The notes: generated by a model from the sequence alone, not told the origin. Numbered from the stretch's first letter, positions 30,246 through 38,989 are shown. The stretch is 53,269 bases of DNA from a virus (IMGVR_UViG_3300022752_000099:1-53269); one strand, 5' to 3'. Numbers and translations are program-made.

Positions 30246-30386
30246 ATGAATAAGGAACAAGCAAAAGACGAACTAATCAGAGTACTAGAAGGTCAAGTGA
30301 TGGACTTATCAATGATGTCTAAAATTGAATTAGGTGATGATGTAATTGCTAAGATTAAAAAATTAAAAGCTATTATCAATGAATAA
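30246..30386 (+). CDS. hypothetical protein (46 aa, not in ORF track)
   Basis: MNKEQAKDELIRVLE...IINE*; AAAGTTATG start; stop overlaps the next ATG. Confidence 0.6.
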   Translation: MNKEQAKDELIRVLEGQVMDLSMMSKIELGDDVIAKIKKLKAIINE

Positions 30387-30600
30387 TTTAATCATATTAA
30401 CAAAAGAGAATATCAACGACTATCAACTCACAGAATCATTTCGTAATGATGTGTTAGTATATGATGATCAAAATATAATCAATGCATATACCCGATTTGA
30501 GTTTGCAATCGATCCTAATACAAAACAACTATATTCAAGACATATAGTTTTAGGTAGATTTAAAGAATGGAAAGAATACTCTTTATCAAAATCAAATTAA
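30379..30600 (+). CDS. hypothetical protein starting MNNL
   Basis: ORF coupled to the upstream gene. Confidence 0.6.
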   Translation: MNNLIILTKENINDYQLTESFRNDVLVYDDQNIINAYTRFEFAIDPNTKQLYSRHIVLGRFKEWKEYSLSKSN

Positions 30601-30602
30601 AA

Positions 30603-30818
30603 ATGAACAACCTAGATAAAGCATATATCGTTGACGGAATCACGATTAATAAAACTGACAAAGGATATAGGGTATTTACAATTCCAACCCAACATTTTGA
30701 TATAGTTGATTTGGATGAATTAACCAATGATAGATTTGACCGTGAAATCAAAAGACAGGAACGATATGAAAAAGATAGTTCTGAATTAATTAATTTATAT
30801 TTGAGTGAAAATGAATAA
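30603..30818 (+). CDS. hypothetical protein starting MNNLDKAY
   Basis: First 8 codons resemble the thyA start (MNNLDKQY). Confidence 0.6.
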   Translation: MNNLDKAYIVDGITINKTDKGYRVFTIPTQHFDIVDLDELTNDRFDREIKRQERYEKDSSELINLYLSENE

Positions 30819-31131
30819 CTTAGACAAACAATACACCAACCTCCTTCAAGACATACTTGATAACGGTGTAAAAAAAGGTGACCGTACAGGTACAGGAACA
30901 CTATCAGTATTCGGTAGACAAATCAGACACAAAATGTCAGAAGGCTTTCCGTTGCTTACCACCAAGAAAATGTATTGGAAAGGAATTGTGACGGAGTTGC
31001 TCTGGTTCCTACGTGGTGATACAAATATCAAATACCTTGTTGATAATGATTGTCATATATGGGATGGTGACTGCTACCAAGCCTATTTAAGAGAATGTGA
31101 GAAGATGAAAAAAGATGAAAATAATTTATAG
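30811..31131 (+). CDS. thyA: thymidylate synthase, N-terminal fragment
   Basis: [36 protein letters not shown]. Confidence 0.92.
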   Translation: MNNLDKQYTNLLQDILDNGVKKGDRTGTGTLSVFGRQIRHKMSEGFPLLTTKKMYWKGIVTELLWFLRGDTNIKYLVDNDCHIWDGDCYQAYLRECEKMKKDENNL

Positions 31132-31169
31132 TTTTTGTAATCATCACCATATTTATAATAAAAGAAAAT

Positions 31170-31883
31170 ATGGAAACAAAATACTATTTGTACATCAAAA
31201 CTAGTCCATTTGGATTGAAATACTTAGGTAAAACAACTAAGAATCCATTTACCTATTTGGGTAGTGGCAAGATTTGGAAACGTCACATTGCCAAGCATTC
31301 TTTAACATTTGAAGATATTGAGACTGAAGTTGTTTTTGAGACAGATGATATAAATCAATTAATTAAAAAAGGTATAGAACTTAGCCTTTTATATAACATA
31401 GTTGAATCAAAAGAGTGGGCCAATTTACGTGAGGAAAGAGGTGATGGTGGAGATACTTCTAAGTTTATAGATTTTTCAAATCCAATATTTCACAACCCAG
31501 AGCGTAGTAGGCATTTGAATAGTTTTATTGATGAGGAAGATAAAAAACAGAAACTAAAAGAAAGAGCCTCTAAAATAGATTATAAAAACCCAGAACGTAT
31601 TAGAAAAATAAAAGAAAATACAGATTGGGAAGAAAAAGAAAAGAAAAGATTAGAGAACACCGATTACTCAACTTTTTTATGGAAAACTCACGAAAAGAAT
31701 AAAAAACCAGTTTTACAGTTTGATATGGATGGTAATTTTTTAAATGAGTTTGATTGTGCAGCAAACGCTGCAAGGTCCTTAGGATTTAATAACGGTGGAA
31801 ATATAACAAATTGCTGTAAAGGTAGATGTAAATCATCTATGGGTTACACATGGAAATATAAAGATAAAAATGAAAGCAACTAA
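31170..31883 (+). mobile_element. GIY-YIG-type homing endonuclease with NUMOD1-like C-terminal domain, inserted in thyA
   Basis: YYLY...KYLGKT...YLGSG...AN; C-terminal KPVLQFDMDG...AARSLG...ITNCCKG...GYTWKY. Confidence 0.85.
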
Positions 31884-32892
31884 AAAAGATTTACACGAAA
31901 GTGGTAGAGTATTATCTAAAGAAGAATTCATCAACAAAATTAAAACCGACGATGAGTTTGCTAAGAAGTGGGGGTCACTCGGGCCCGTGTATGGCAAGCA
32001 GTGGCGAAGTTGGGGAACAAGAGAATGGGTACATTTATCAGCTACTGATGAACGTCCTGAAATGGATGCTTTAATGCCTGCTTATATAGACCAAATCGCA
32101 AACTCAATCAATCTACTTAAAACAGACCCAGACTCAAGACGAAATAAAGTTTCAGCGTGGAATGTTGGAGAATTGGATGAAATGGTACTTCCACCTTGTC
32201 ATTATGGATTTCAAGTTTATACAAGAGAGTTGAGTATAGAAGAACGTTGTAATATAGCAAATTTTGCACCTTTTGACGATAGATTCCCAGATGGAAATGG
32301 TTTTAAATGGGATGAACATACAATCAATATTGCCGAAGATTGGTTAAAACAACATCATCCAAATCTACCAACCCGAGCAATCTCCCTAATGTGGAATCAA
32401 CGCTCCGTGGATACGCCACTCGGTCTCCCCTTCAACATCGCTTCTTATGGTCTACTATTAGAAATCATTGCCAAAGCAGTAAACATGGTTCCTGATGAAC
32501 TAATAGGTAATTTGGGTGATACACACATTTATTTAAATCAAATTGAGGGTGTAAAAGAACAGATTGGTAGAGATTTAACATTAAAAGAAAGATTTGAGTT
32601 ATGGGAACAGCTTCCAGATAGAGATGTTATGGATTTTCCAATAGGCCCACTAACGGATGGACAATATCATGATGTACTTAATCAATTAGGCGTTCCCACG
32701 ACAACTAGAAATCCGTATCCACTTTCAACATTAAACATCAACACAGAATTTTGGCCTACTCAATCAGGTGAATGTGGTGTGGGTGAATTGACAGATAATA
32801 TTGATTTTCTTATTAAAGAAATGAGAATTGAAGATTTTCAAATAGAAAATTATCAATCGCATCCAGCAATAAAGATGCCGTTATCAAATTAA
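31870..32892 (+). CDS. thyA: thymidylate synthase, C-terminal catalytic fragment
   Basis: LGPVYGKQWR, PDSRR, LPPCH, QRSVD..LGLPFNIASY, GDTHIYLN. Confidence 0.93.
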   Translation: MKATKKDLHESGRVLSKEEFINKIKTDDEFAKKWGSLGPVYGKQWRSWGTREWVHLSATDERPEMDALMPAYIDQIANSINLLKTDPDSRRNKVSAWNVGELDEMVLPPCHYGFQVYTRELSIEERCNIANFAPFDDRFPDGNGFKWDEHTINIAEDWLKQHHPNLPTRAISLMWNQRSVDTPLGLPFNIASYGLLLEIIAKAVNMVPDELIGNLGDTHIYLNQIEGVKEQIGRDLTLKERFELWEQLPDRDVMDFPIGPLTDGQYHDVLNQLGVPTTTRNPYPLSTLNINTEFWPTQSGECGVGELTDNIDFLIKEMRIEDFQIENYQSHPAIKMPLSN

Positions 32893-32904
32893 AAATTATA
32901 AGTT

Positions 32905-33282
32905 ATGGGTTCAGTAATAGATTATCCGGAATGTCCTAATTGCAAACACGAAGCATACAGCGACTTCTACTACAAAACAGGTGAAGAATACATTAACTGC
33001 AACAATTGCGGTTATCATTATTCAGCAACTATTAAAAATAGAAACAAAAAATTATCAGAATTGACGGAGACGGATTGGAAAATTACGGAGCTAAAAAACC
33101 CATATGGTGCATTCCGATACAAAATGGCCGGGGATGTCAGTACATGTTGTGGTTCATTAGCAACAGCAGAAGATGCTGATAGGTTTCGGATAGAAATGAA
33201 ACTTGAGTATCAAGGCCATGTTGAATTTGCACAAATAAGTAGATTAGTTGACGGTGACATTGTTGTAGAAAATGTTGTATAA
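32905..33282 (+). CDS. zinc-ribbon protein
   Basis: CPNC...CNNCG. Confidence 0.7.
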   Translation: MGSVIDYPECPNCKHEAYSDFYYKTGEEYINCNNCGYHYSATIKNRNKKLSELTETDWKITELKNPYGAFRYKMAGDVSTCCGSLATAEDADRFRIEMKLEYQGHVEFAQISRLVDGDIVVENVV

Positions 33283-33292
33283 AGACTATTAA

Positions 33293-33325
33293 CACCCAAC
33301 AATTAAAGCCGTTTTATCGAATTGA
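33293..33325 (+). repeat. non-coding remnant of the thyA 3' end
   Basis: Translates HPTIKAVLSN* versus thyA HPAIKMPLSN*. Confidence 0.8.
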
Positions 33326-33340
33326 TCGATATTTATTAAT

Positions 33341-33706
33341 ATGATACGATTAATTGATTTATTAGTAGAAGCTTCAAATAATCCTATTACGGCATATCGA
33401 TTAGAAGATGATAATGGATTAGGGCCTTTTCGTGAAGAAATTGCTAAAAAGATAAAAAGTCAAAGCAAAGAAGATTATTCTGCATATAAAAAATTATATA
33501 ATCGTATATCTAAATTACATAAAGCCGTTATAGTTAAAGTACCAAAAGGATATGTATTTGGATTTAGATCAAAAGATCAATTAAATAATTGGTTTACTAA
33601 AGAAGATTTGACATTACTTGGTAAGTATAAATTTTCTATTAAACGATATACAAACGTATTTAACTATTATGGTATCATGGATAGAGAGATAATCTTTAAA
33701 AAATAA
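33341..33706 (+). CDS. hypothetical protein with IRLIDLLVE tag; possible ADP-ribosyltransferase fold
   Basis: AYRLE...FGFRS...EIIF; fold call is inference. Confidence 0.65.
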   Translation: MIRLIDLLVEASNNPITAYRLEDDNGLGPFREEIAKKIKSQSKEDYSAYKKLYNRISKLHKAVIVKVPKGYVFGFRSKDQLNNWFTKEDLTLLGKYKFSIKRYTNVFNYYGIMDREIIFKK

Positions 33707-33715
33707 TTTATTAAT

Positions 33716-34231
33716 ATGACACGATTAAAGGATTTATTGAAAGAGGTATATTATGCTCCCCTATATCATTCTACTACTTACTCGAGATTTTTATCTATTA
33801 TGAATGACGAACTAATAAAACCTAATTCATTGGGATATATATTTCTGACAAGAGATAAAAATTATAAAGTAGGTGGTGAAACAACACCTATAGTGTTTAA
33901 AGTAGATCAAGAAAAAATCAGACAACGTTATAAAATTTTTCCTAGAGTAGGAGATATATCTAATACTAATAAGAGAGTTGAAGCCGAAGAAGTTGTTAAA
34001 GGCCAAATACTATTAGAATGGGTTGAAAAAATTCAAGTACCTAAATCTATAATTAATCGAATAATTGAAAGCATACAAACCGCTGAAGAAGGATTGGAGT
34101 GGGCTGAACAGCAATATTCTAAAACAAAAAATGAAAGATTTAAGAAAGGAATAGAAAGTCGGCAAAAAGATATAGAAATATATAAAAAAATACTCAACCA
34201 TCCTAAATTATCAATCACACCCAACAATTAA
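33716..34231 (+). CDS. hypothetical protein with TRLKDLLKE tag; possible ADP-ribosyltransferase fold
   Basis: LYHST...IFLTR...EAEE; fold call is inference. Confidence 0.65.
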   Translation: MTRLKDLLKEVYYAPLYHSTTYSRFLSIMNDELIKPNSLGYIFLTRDKNYKVGGETTPIVFKVDQEKIRQRYKIFPRVGDISNTNKRVEAEEVVKGQILLEWVEKIQVPKSIINRIIESIQTAEEGLEWAEQQYSKTKNERFKKGIESRQKDIEIYKKILNHPKLSITPNN

Positions 34232-34250
34232 AGCACCTTTATCAAATTAA
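34206..34250 (+). repeat. remnant of the thyA 3' end
   Basis: Translates NYQSHPTIKAPLSN* versus thyA NYQSHPAIKMPLSN* (32848-32892); out of frame with the overlapping ORF. Confidence 0.9.
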
Positions 34251-34277
34251 TCATATTTATTATTGAAATTACAAATC

Positions 34278-34691
34278 ATGAAACTAGAACAATTCAAACA
34301 AATTATTAGAGAGGAAATCAATAAGGTATTAAACGAAGCTAATACTCCTACTTGGTATCCGAAAAAAATCTCTGTATTAAAGGACATTTACGTCGGTGAA
34401 GACATGAGTTGGACTTCCGTCGGTACAAATTCCGACGATTTTGTAGTATCTAAAGGAGAGGTAATCAATTTGTACAAAGACGGTTCCTCCAGTAAATCTA
34501 AACCTGCATTCTACGAAGTGAATGTACTGCAAAGTAATAAAAATCGAAGATCTCCGAAATCTAATAGTAAGGACATTATGGAATTTCCATTAAAAGAAAT
34601 TGCACAATTACTCAAGCAGAAAGCTATAAAGATTCTAGATAAAGGCATGTACGGTCATGACATCACGTTGAATGCATTAATTAAAAAATAA
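34278..34691 (+). CDS. small protein with MKLEQFKQIIREEINKVLNE tag
   Basis: Shared N-terminal tag; ATATTTAT upstream. Confidence 0.75.
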   Translation: MKLEQFKQIIREEINKVLNEANTPTWYPKKISVLKDIYVGEDMSWTSVGTNSDDFVVSKGEVINLYKDGSSSKSKPAFYEVNVLQSNKNRRSPKSNSKDIMEFPLKEIAQLLKQKAIKILDKGMYGHDITLNALIKK

Positions 34692-34695
34692 TATC

Positions 34696-35010
34696 ATGAA
34701 AAAATCAGAATTACAACAAATAATTCGCGAAGAGATTCGAAAAGTTTTAATTGAATCTACCGATGATCAATTAATTAAATCATTGGAACAGAAAAAATTG
34801 ATTGATCACTCTAAAAAAACAATCAATTTAGGTTTAGTAAACAGTTGGAATACTACATATAGTAAATTTCACGAAGATTTATCGAAATTGACAATTCCTA
34901 AAACTTACAAGGCCACACAACAAGGTAGAAGTTATACAAAGTATCAGTATGATGTAACATTAAATGGTGAAACGTATACGGTATTTTATTCAGCTGATTC
35001 AAGCGACTAA
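34696..35010 (+). CDS. small protein with MKKSELQQIIREEIRKVLIE tag
   Basis: Shared N-terminal tag. Confidence 0.75.
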   Translation: MKKSELQQIIREEIRKVLIESTDDQLIKSLEQKKLIDHSKKTINLGLVNSWNTTYSKFHEDLSKLTIPKTYKATQQGRSYTKYQYDVTLNGETYTVFYSADSSD

Positions 35011-35013
35011 ATC

Positions 35014-35298
35014 ATGAAAAAATCAGAACTAAAACAGATAATTAGAGAAGAAGTTCGCAAGACACTTCATGAAGTGAACAAGTATGATATAATGGCAGTC
35101 GTGTCCGATATCAAACGATTCAATCGAAATGAATTTGATATGAGTGATTTGGTTTCAAGGACTTTAGTGAATTTGGAATTTAAAGAAACTCCGTACAACG
35201 TTAAAGTGATCAAATCGCATTTCATCAGTTCTATAGAAAATGATAAATTGCCGGCAGATGCTACAATGGTTAAAGAACTGTATGCTATGTTGAAATAA
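35014..35298 (+). CDS. small protein with MKKSELKQIIREEVRKTLHE tag
   Basis: Shared N-terminal tag. Confidence 0.75.
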   Translation: MKKSELKQIIREEVRKTLHEVNKYDIMAVVSDIKRFNRNEFDMSDLVSRTLVNLEFKETPYNVKVIKSHFISSIENDKLPADATMVKELYAMLK

Positions 35299-35374
35299 TG
35301 GAATACATTAAAGGCGCTACAAAATTTACCGTTATCGGCAGGGATACTAATAACTTAAAACACACTGAATAAAT

Positions 35375-35797
35375 ATGAAGAGATCAGAATTAAAACAAAT
35401 AATTCGCGAAGAGATTCACAATGTATTGAAATCATCGCGTAAACAAACATTCGAAAGTTTTTTGAATGAAAATTCTTCATATGCAGGTACACGATTCAAA
35501 ACGCCTGAAGATGAACACGAGTATCTGGTTTCGACTAAACCAAAAAATACTTTTAAGCAGTTGATGCAAATATCAAAACCAATGCTCAAAAGATTTGTGC
35601 AACTTAAAGCTGAAGACATAATCGCATACGCTGCTGAAAAGAAAGATCCTAGCAAAACAAAACAGGTCAAAGAAGAGTTCAAAAAGGCTTTAATGCAAGA
35701 TTCAGAGTTTTGGAATCTGTGGTCCAGCAAATGGCAAAACCCAGAAAGTGCACTGTCAAATCTTTTTCATACATTGTACTGGTATCACTTCGGATAA
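35375..35797 (+). CDS. small protein with MKRSELKQIIREEI tag plus TFESFLNE
   Basis: Shared N-terminal tag. Confidence 0.75.
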   Translation: MKRSELKQIIREEIHNVLKSSRKQTFESFLNENSSYAGTRFKTPEDEHEYLVSTKPKNTFKQLMQISKPMLKRFVQLKAEDIIAYAAEKKDPSKTKQVKEEFKKALMQDSEFWNLWSSKWQNPESALSNLFHTLYWYHFG

Positions 35798-35830
35798 TTT
35801 TAAATGATATTTTACCAATTAAATTAAGTT

Positions 35831-37300
35831 ATGAAAAAATATTTATCGTTACTTTTGATATTAAGTAGTTATTTATCATTAGCTCAAACTGCTATTTATT
35901 CTGAGAATTGCGGGAATCCTGCAGCAACTACATCAGTAAATACTTACACCGGTTGGCAGAGGTATGGATCGCAAGTATATACAGGTAATGCCGATGTAAG
36001 AACTACGTTACCGTCTACGACTTACACCGGAGCTTCTGGATTAGGTAACATATTTGTAACTAGTACATTAAATACAAATGTCGTTATATCAAATATCAAT
36101 ACAACCGGATACACGAACTTAACATTATCGTTCGGACATTTAAAAACTACAAGTGCTTCAAACGGATCTCAATTGGCAGTAGAAGTTAGTACGGACGGTT
36201 CTACATGGACCACTTTAAGTTACTCAGTACCTACGGGTACTTCAACTTCAAATATTTGGAGATTAGTTACTCCGATCGGTACTATACCCAGTACAAGTAA
36301 TTTAAGAATTAGATTTAGAATGATTGCAGTCGTCACAGGTTTGCAATTTAGAATTGATGACATCAAGTTGGTAGGCTGTGCAATACCGTCAGCTCCTACC
36401 TATACTATCAATACACCATCATGTCAATCTGCCACATTGACGTACGGTTCCAATACATATTTACAAACTTTAGAAACGGATACTAATAGAACGTTAAACT
36501 CTCCGCAGGCGTTCACGACTTCAGGTACTAGATATTTAAGAACTGTATCATCAGTTACCGGATGCACCTCAGTATGGTCAAATGCCACAAGCGTGCCGGT
36601 CAATGTAATACCGTTACCTACAATTACTCAGAACCCTAATAATGTTGAAACTTCAAATAGTTTAAATGCCACGTTTATTGCAAAGTCATCAAATGCTTTT
36701 TATTGGCAGACTTCAGTGGATTCAATAAATTGGACTATTGTAGATTCAATACAACGAGATACTTTAATGTTGCTTGAAGTCAATACCACAATGAACGGCA
36801 GGTTTTATAGAATAGCTGCCAATAATACTCCGTGCAGTGATACCGTGTATTCAACGCCAGCAAAACTTACAGTTCATTTATGGCCACTACCTGTTAAAAT
36901 GATTTATTTTGAAGCAAATCAAATAAATGATATGGTCTCATTGAAATGGGCGACGGCTGTTGAATTGAACAATGATAAGTTTATTGTTGAAAGATCAGAG
37001 AATTGCAATTCATGGACAGAACTGGGACAAGTACGCGGAGTCGGTAATAACAATTCCAACTCATTTTATTCATTTGAAGATTACAATCCAAATCGCGGCG
37101 TGAATTATTATAGATTGAAACAAGTGGATTACAACGGAGTTCATGAATATTTCAATATAGTTTCTCTGTTTGTTAAAAATTCATTTGCTTCAAAAAAATA
37201 TTATAACATTCATGGTATTGAAGTTGATAAACTAGAATTGAATAAAGTGTACATTGAGTTTGACCGGAACAGTTCTAGAAAAATAATGATGATAGACTGA
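35831..37300 (+). CDS. secreted Thr/Ser-rich beta-sandwich protein resembling Bacteroidota T9SS cargo
   Basis: Signal peptide MKKYLSLLLILSSYLSLA-Q; LPVKMIYF...W.T..E.NNDKF.VERS...YYRLKQVD domain. Confidence 0.75.
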   Translation: MKKYLSLLLILSSYLSLAQTAIYSENCGNPAATTSVNTYTGWQRYGSQVYTGNADVRTTLPSTTYTGASGLGNIFVTSTLNTNVVISNINTTGYTNLTLSFGHLKTTSASNGSQLAVEVSTDGSTWTTLSYSVPTGTSTSNIWRLVTPIGTIPSTSNLRIRFRMIAVVTGLQFRIDDIKLVGCAIPSAPTYTINTPSCQSATLTYGSNTYLQTLETDTNRTLNSPQAFTTSGTRYLRTVSSVTGCTSVWSNATSVPVNVIPLPTITQNPNNVETSNSLNATFIAKSSNAFYWQTSVDSINWTIVDSIQRDTLMLLEVNTTMNGRFYRIAANNTPCSDTVYSTPAKLTVHLWPLPVKMIYFEANQINDMVSLKWATAVELNNDKFIVERSENCNSWTELGQVRGVGNNNSNSFYSFEDYNPNRGVNYYRLKQVDYNGVHEYFNIVSLFVKNSFASKKYYNIHGIEVDKLELNKVYIEFDRNSSRKIMMID

Positions 37301-37329
37301 AAACTAACGACTTGAAAATTTCTTTGTAG

Positions 37330-37356
37330 AAAGCTTGGTTATTCCAAGCTTTTTTC
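37330..37356 (+). terminator. intrinsic terminator
   Basis: AAAGCTTGG-TTATT-CCAAGCTTT then T run. Confidence 0.7.
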
Positions 37357-37398
37357 TTATATTAATATTCATTAATTAAGTATCAACCAAATCAATTC

Positions 37399-37881
37399 AT
37401 GTCGATTCTAGAAAACAAGTTCGGGCAATCCGGTAGAAAGGGTCATTTCGGTGAAGTGGCTTTATATTCACTGCTCAAATCAAAATATTCAGAAGTTGTA
37501 GATCATCGACAAAATTTGTCTGTTCAATCGGATGGAGTTGATTTTTCAGTGAAACAAGACAATTGGCGTAAATTTATCACATTGGATTGTAAAAACAATT
37601 TGTTTGTTTCAGATAACTACTATTCACTTAAAATTGAATTGGAATCGAATGGTCAGCCCGGTTGGTTTTTCACTTCAAAAGCTGATAGAATTTATCATAC
37701 CTCCACATACACCAAACAGTATGTGTACTACGATTTAAGTGTTGCAAGATACATGATAACGAAAGCTTTACTTACCGGAGTTAAATTCAATCCAATTCAA
37801 TATCAAAATGATTTGTTGATTCAAATCAAATGGTCAGATAAAATGCCTCCCGGAATAAATGGTCCATTTAAATTCAATTGA
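37399..37881 (+). CDS. hypothetical protein, PD-(D/E)xK nuclease-like
   Basis: GE...GVDF...LDCK...IE...GW...SKAD. Confidence 0.6.
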   Translation: MSILENKFGQSGRKGHFGEVALYSLLKSKYSEVVDHRQNLSVQSDGVDFSVKQDNWRKFITLDCKNNLFVSDNYYSLKIELESNGQPGWFFTSKADRIYHTSTYTKQYVYYDLSVARYMITKALLTGVKFNPIQYQNDLLIQIKWSDKMPPGINGPFKFN

Positions 37882-37899
37882 TTTTATTAATTTAAGAAT

Positions 37900-38637
37900 A
37901 TGAGAAGATTCGTAGTCGGTGATATTCACGGAGCCAATAAAGCGTTGCTTCAAGTGTTGGAGCGATGCAAGTTCAACAATGATACTGATCAATTGATTAG
38001 TTTAGGAGACGTTGTAGACGGCTGGCCGGAATCGTATGAAGTAGTTGAAACTTTGTTATCAATCAAAAATTTAATTGCCATTCGAGGCAATCATGATGAA
38101 ATCTTTTTGAATTATTTGAAAACGGGTGTTGATGAGTTTGAAGGATCTCACGGTTCTAAGTATACGCATCAATCTTATAAGAATGCCGGTGGCGTACCGA
38201 ACGAACATGTAAACTTCTTTGAATTGCAATTATCGTATTTTAAAGATCATCAGAACAATTGCTTCGTACATGGTGGATTCAATCGACATTATGAAATTGA
38301 TAATCAATCGGATATAGTATATTCTTGGGATCGAGATTTATTTTTACAAGCGTTATCTGCTGCTAAAATCAACAATAACGAGTTCAATTTGCGATTTAAA
38401 GAGAATGTAAATCGAGTATTTATCGGCCATACACCTACTATCAATTGGAACGGTGCCGGTAACAAACCAATCGATACGCCTATATTTGCAGATCGAGTTA
38501 TCAATTTAGATACTGGAGCAGCATTTACCGGTAAATTGACTATTATGGATGTTGATACTTTAGAATATTGGCAATCAGATATCGTTCGAGAATTGTATCC
38601 GTTTGATTATGGTAGAAATAAAACGACTTTCAAATGA
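37900..38637 (+). CDS. calcineurin-like metallophosphoesterase
   Basis: GDIHG, LGDVVD, RGNHD, VHGG, GHTP, DTGA. Confidence 0.92.
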   Translation: MRRFVVGDIHGANKALLQVLERCKFNNDTDQLISLGDVVDGWPESYEVVETLLSIKNLIAIRGNHDEIFLNYLKTGVDEFEGSHGSKYTHQSYKNAGGVPNEHVNFFELQLSYFKDHQNNCFVHGGFNRHYEIDNQSDIVYSWDRDLFLQALSAAKINNNEFNLRFKENVNRVFIGHTPTINWNGAGNKPIDTPIFADRVINLDTGAAFTGKLTIMDVDTLEYWQSDIVRELYPFDYGRNKTTFK

Positions 38638-38775
38638 ATATCGAATTGAAGAAACTCACTGTAAAGAAACTACTCGACAATCAAAAGTGGTTACTTGAAC
38701 AGCTATCGAGTAAAGATAGATAAAGAGGAGTTGAAACGTCGTGATATAACTTCTGTAAAAATTAATTTGAAATAA

Positions 38776-38807
38776 TTTGACAGTTTCAATTGATATTCAT
38801 ATCTTTA
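38776..38807 (+). promoter_or_regulatory. Bacteroidota-type promoter TTTG-N20-TATCTTTA
   Basis: Upstream of the small-ORF/tRNA-like cluster. Confidence 0.55.
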
Positions 38808-38989
38808 AGATTATGAAAGCTATTATAGATATTGATAACAATTCATGATATTGTTTGCGAATGTGCAATTTTGGTTTTACACCAAACTCATCAATCACTA
38901 TATTAGAAAGAATGATTTTGATCAAGTCGCAATTTACCTTGAAAAAAAGAAACAGTTAGCAAAAATTATTCGTAAAACATTGACAAGAA

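Larger units (their letters stand above)
29780..30249 (+). repeat. 21-bp direct repeat CAAAACAATAGAAAGTTATGA at 29780-29800 and 30229-30249
   Basis: Exact copies, each containing a start codon, flanking two small ORFs. Confidence 0.9.

Noticed and set aside
31111-31871. Possible target-site duplication AAAGAT(G/A)AAAAT flanking the endonuclease
   Set aside because: An 11/12 match in very A-rich sequence is plausibly chance
31132-31883. Group I intron or intein in thyA
   Set aside because: Only 38 non-coding nt, the endonuclease overlaps the downstream fragment, and there are no intein splice motifs or in-frame fusion
38634-38989. Very short ORF fragments between the phosphoesterase and 38990
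   Set aside because: Interrupted by stops, possibly decayed genes; no product can be assigned
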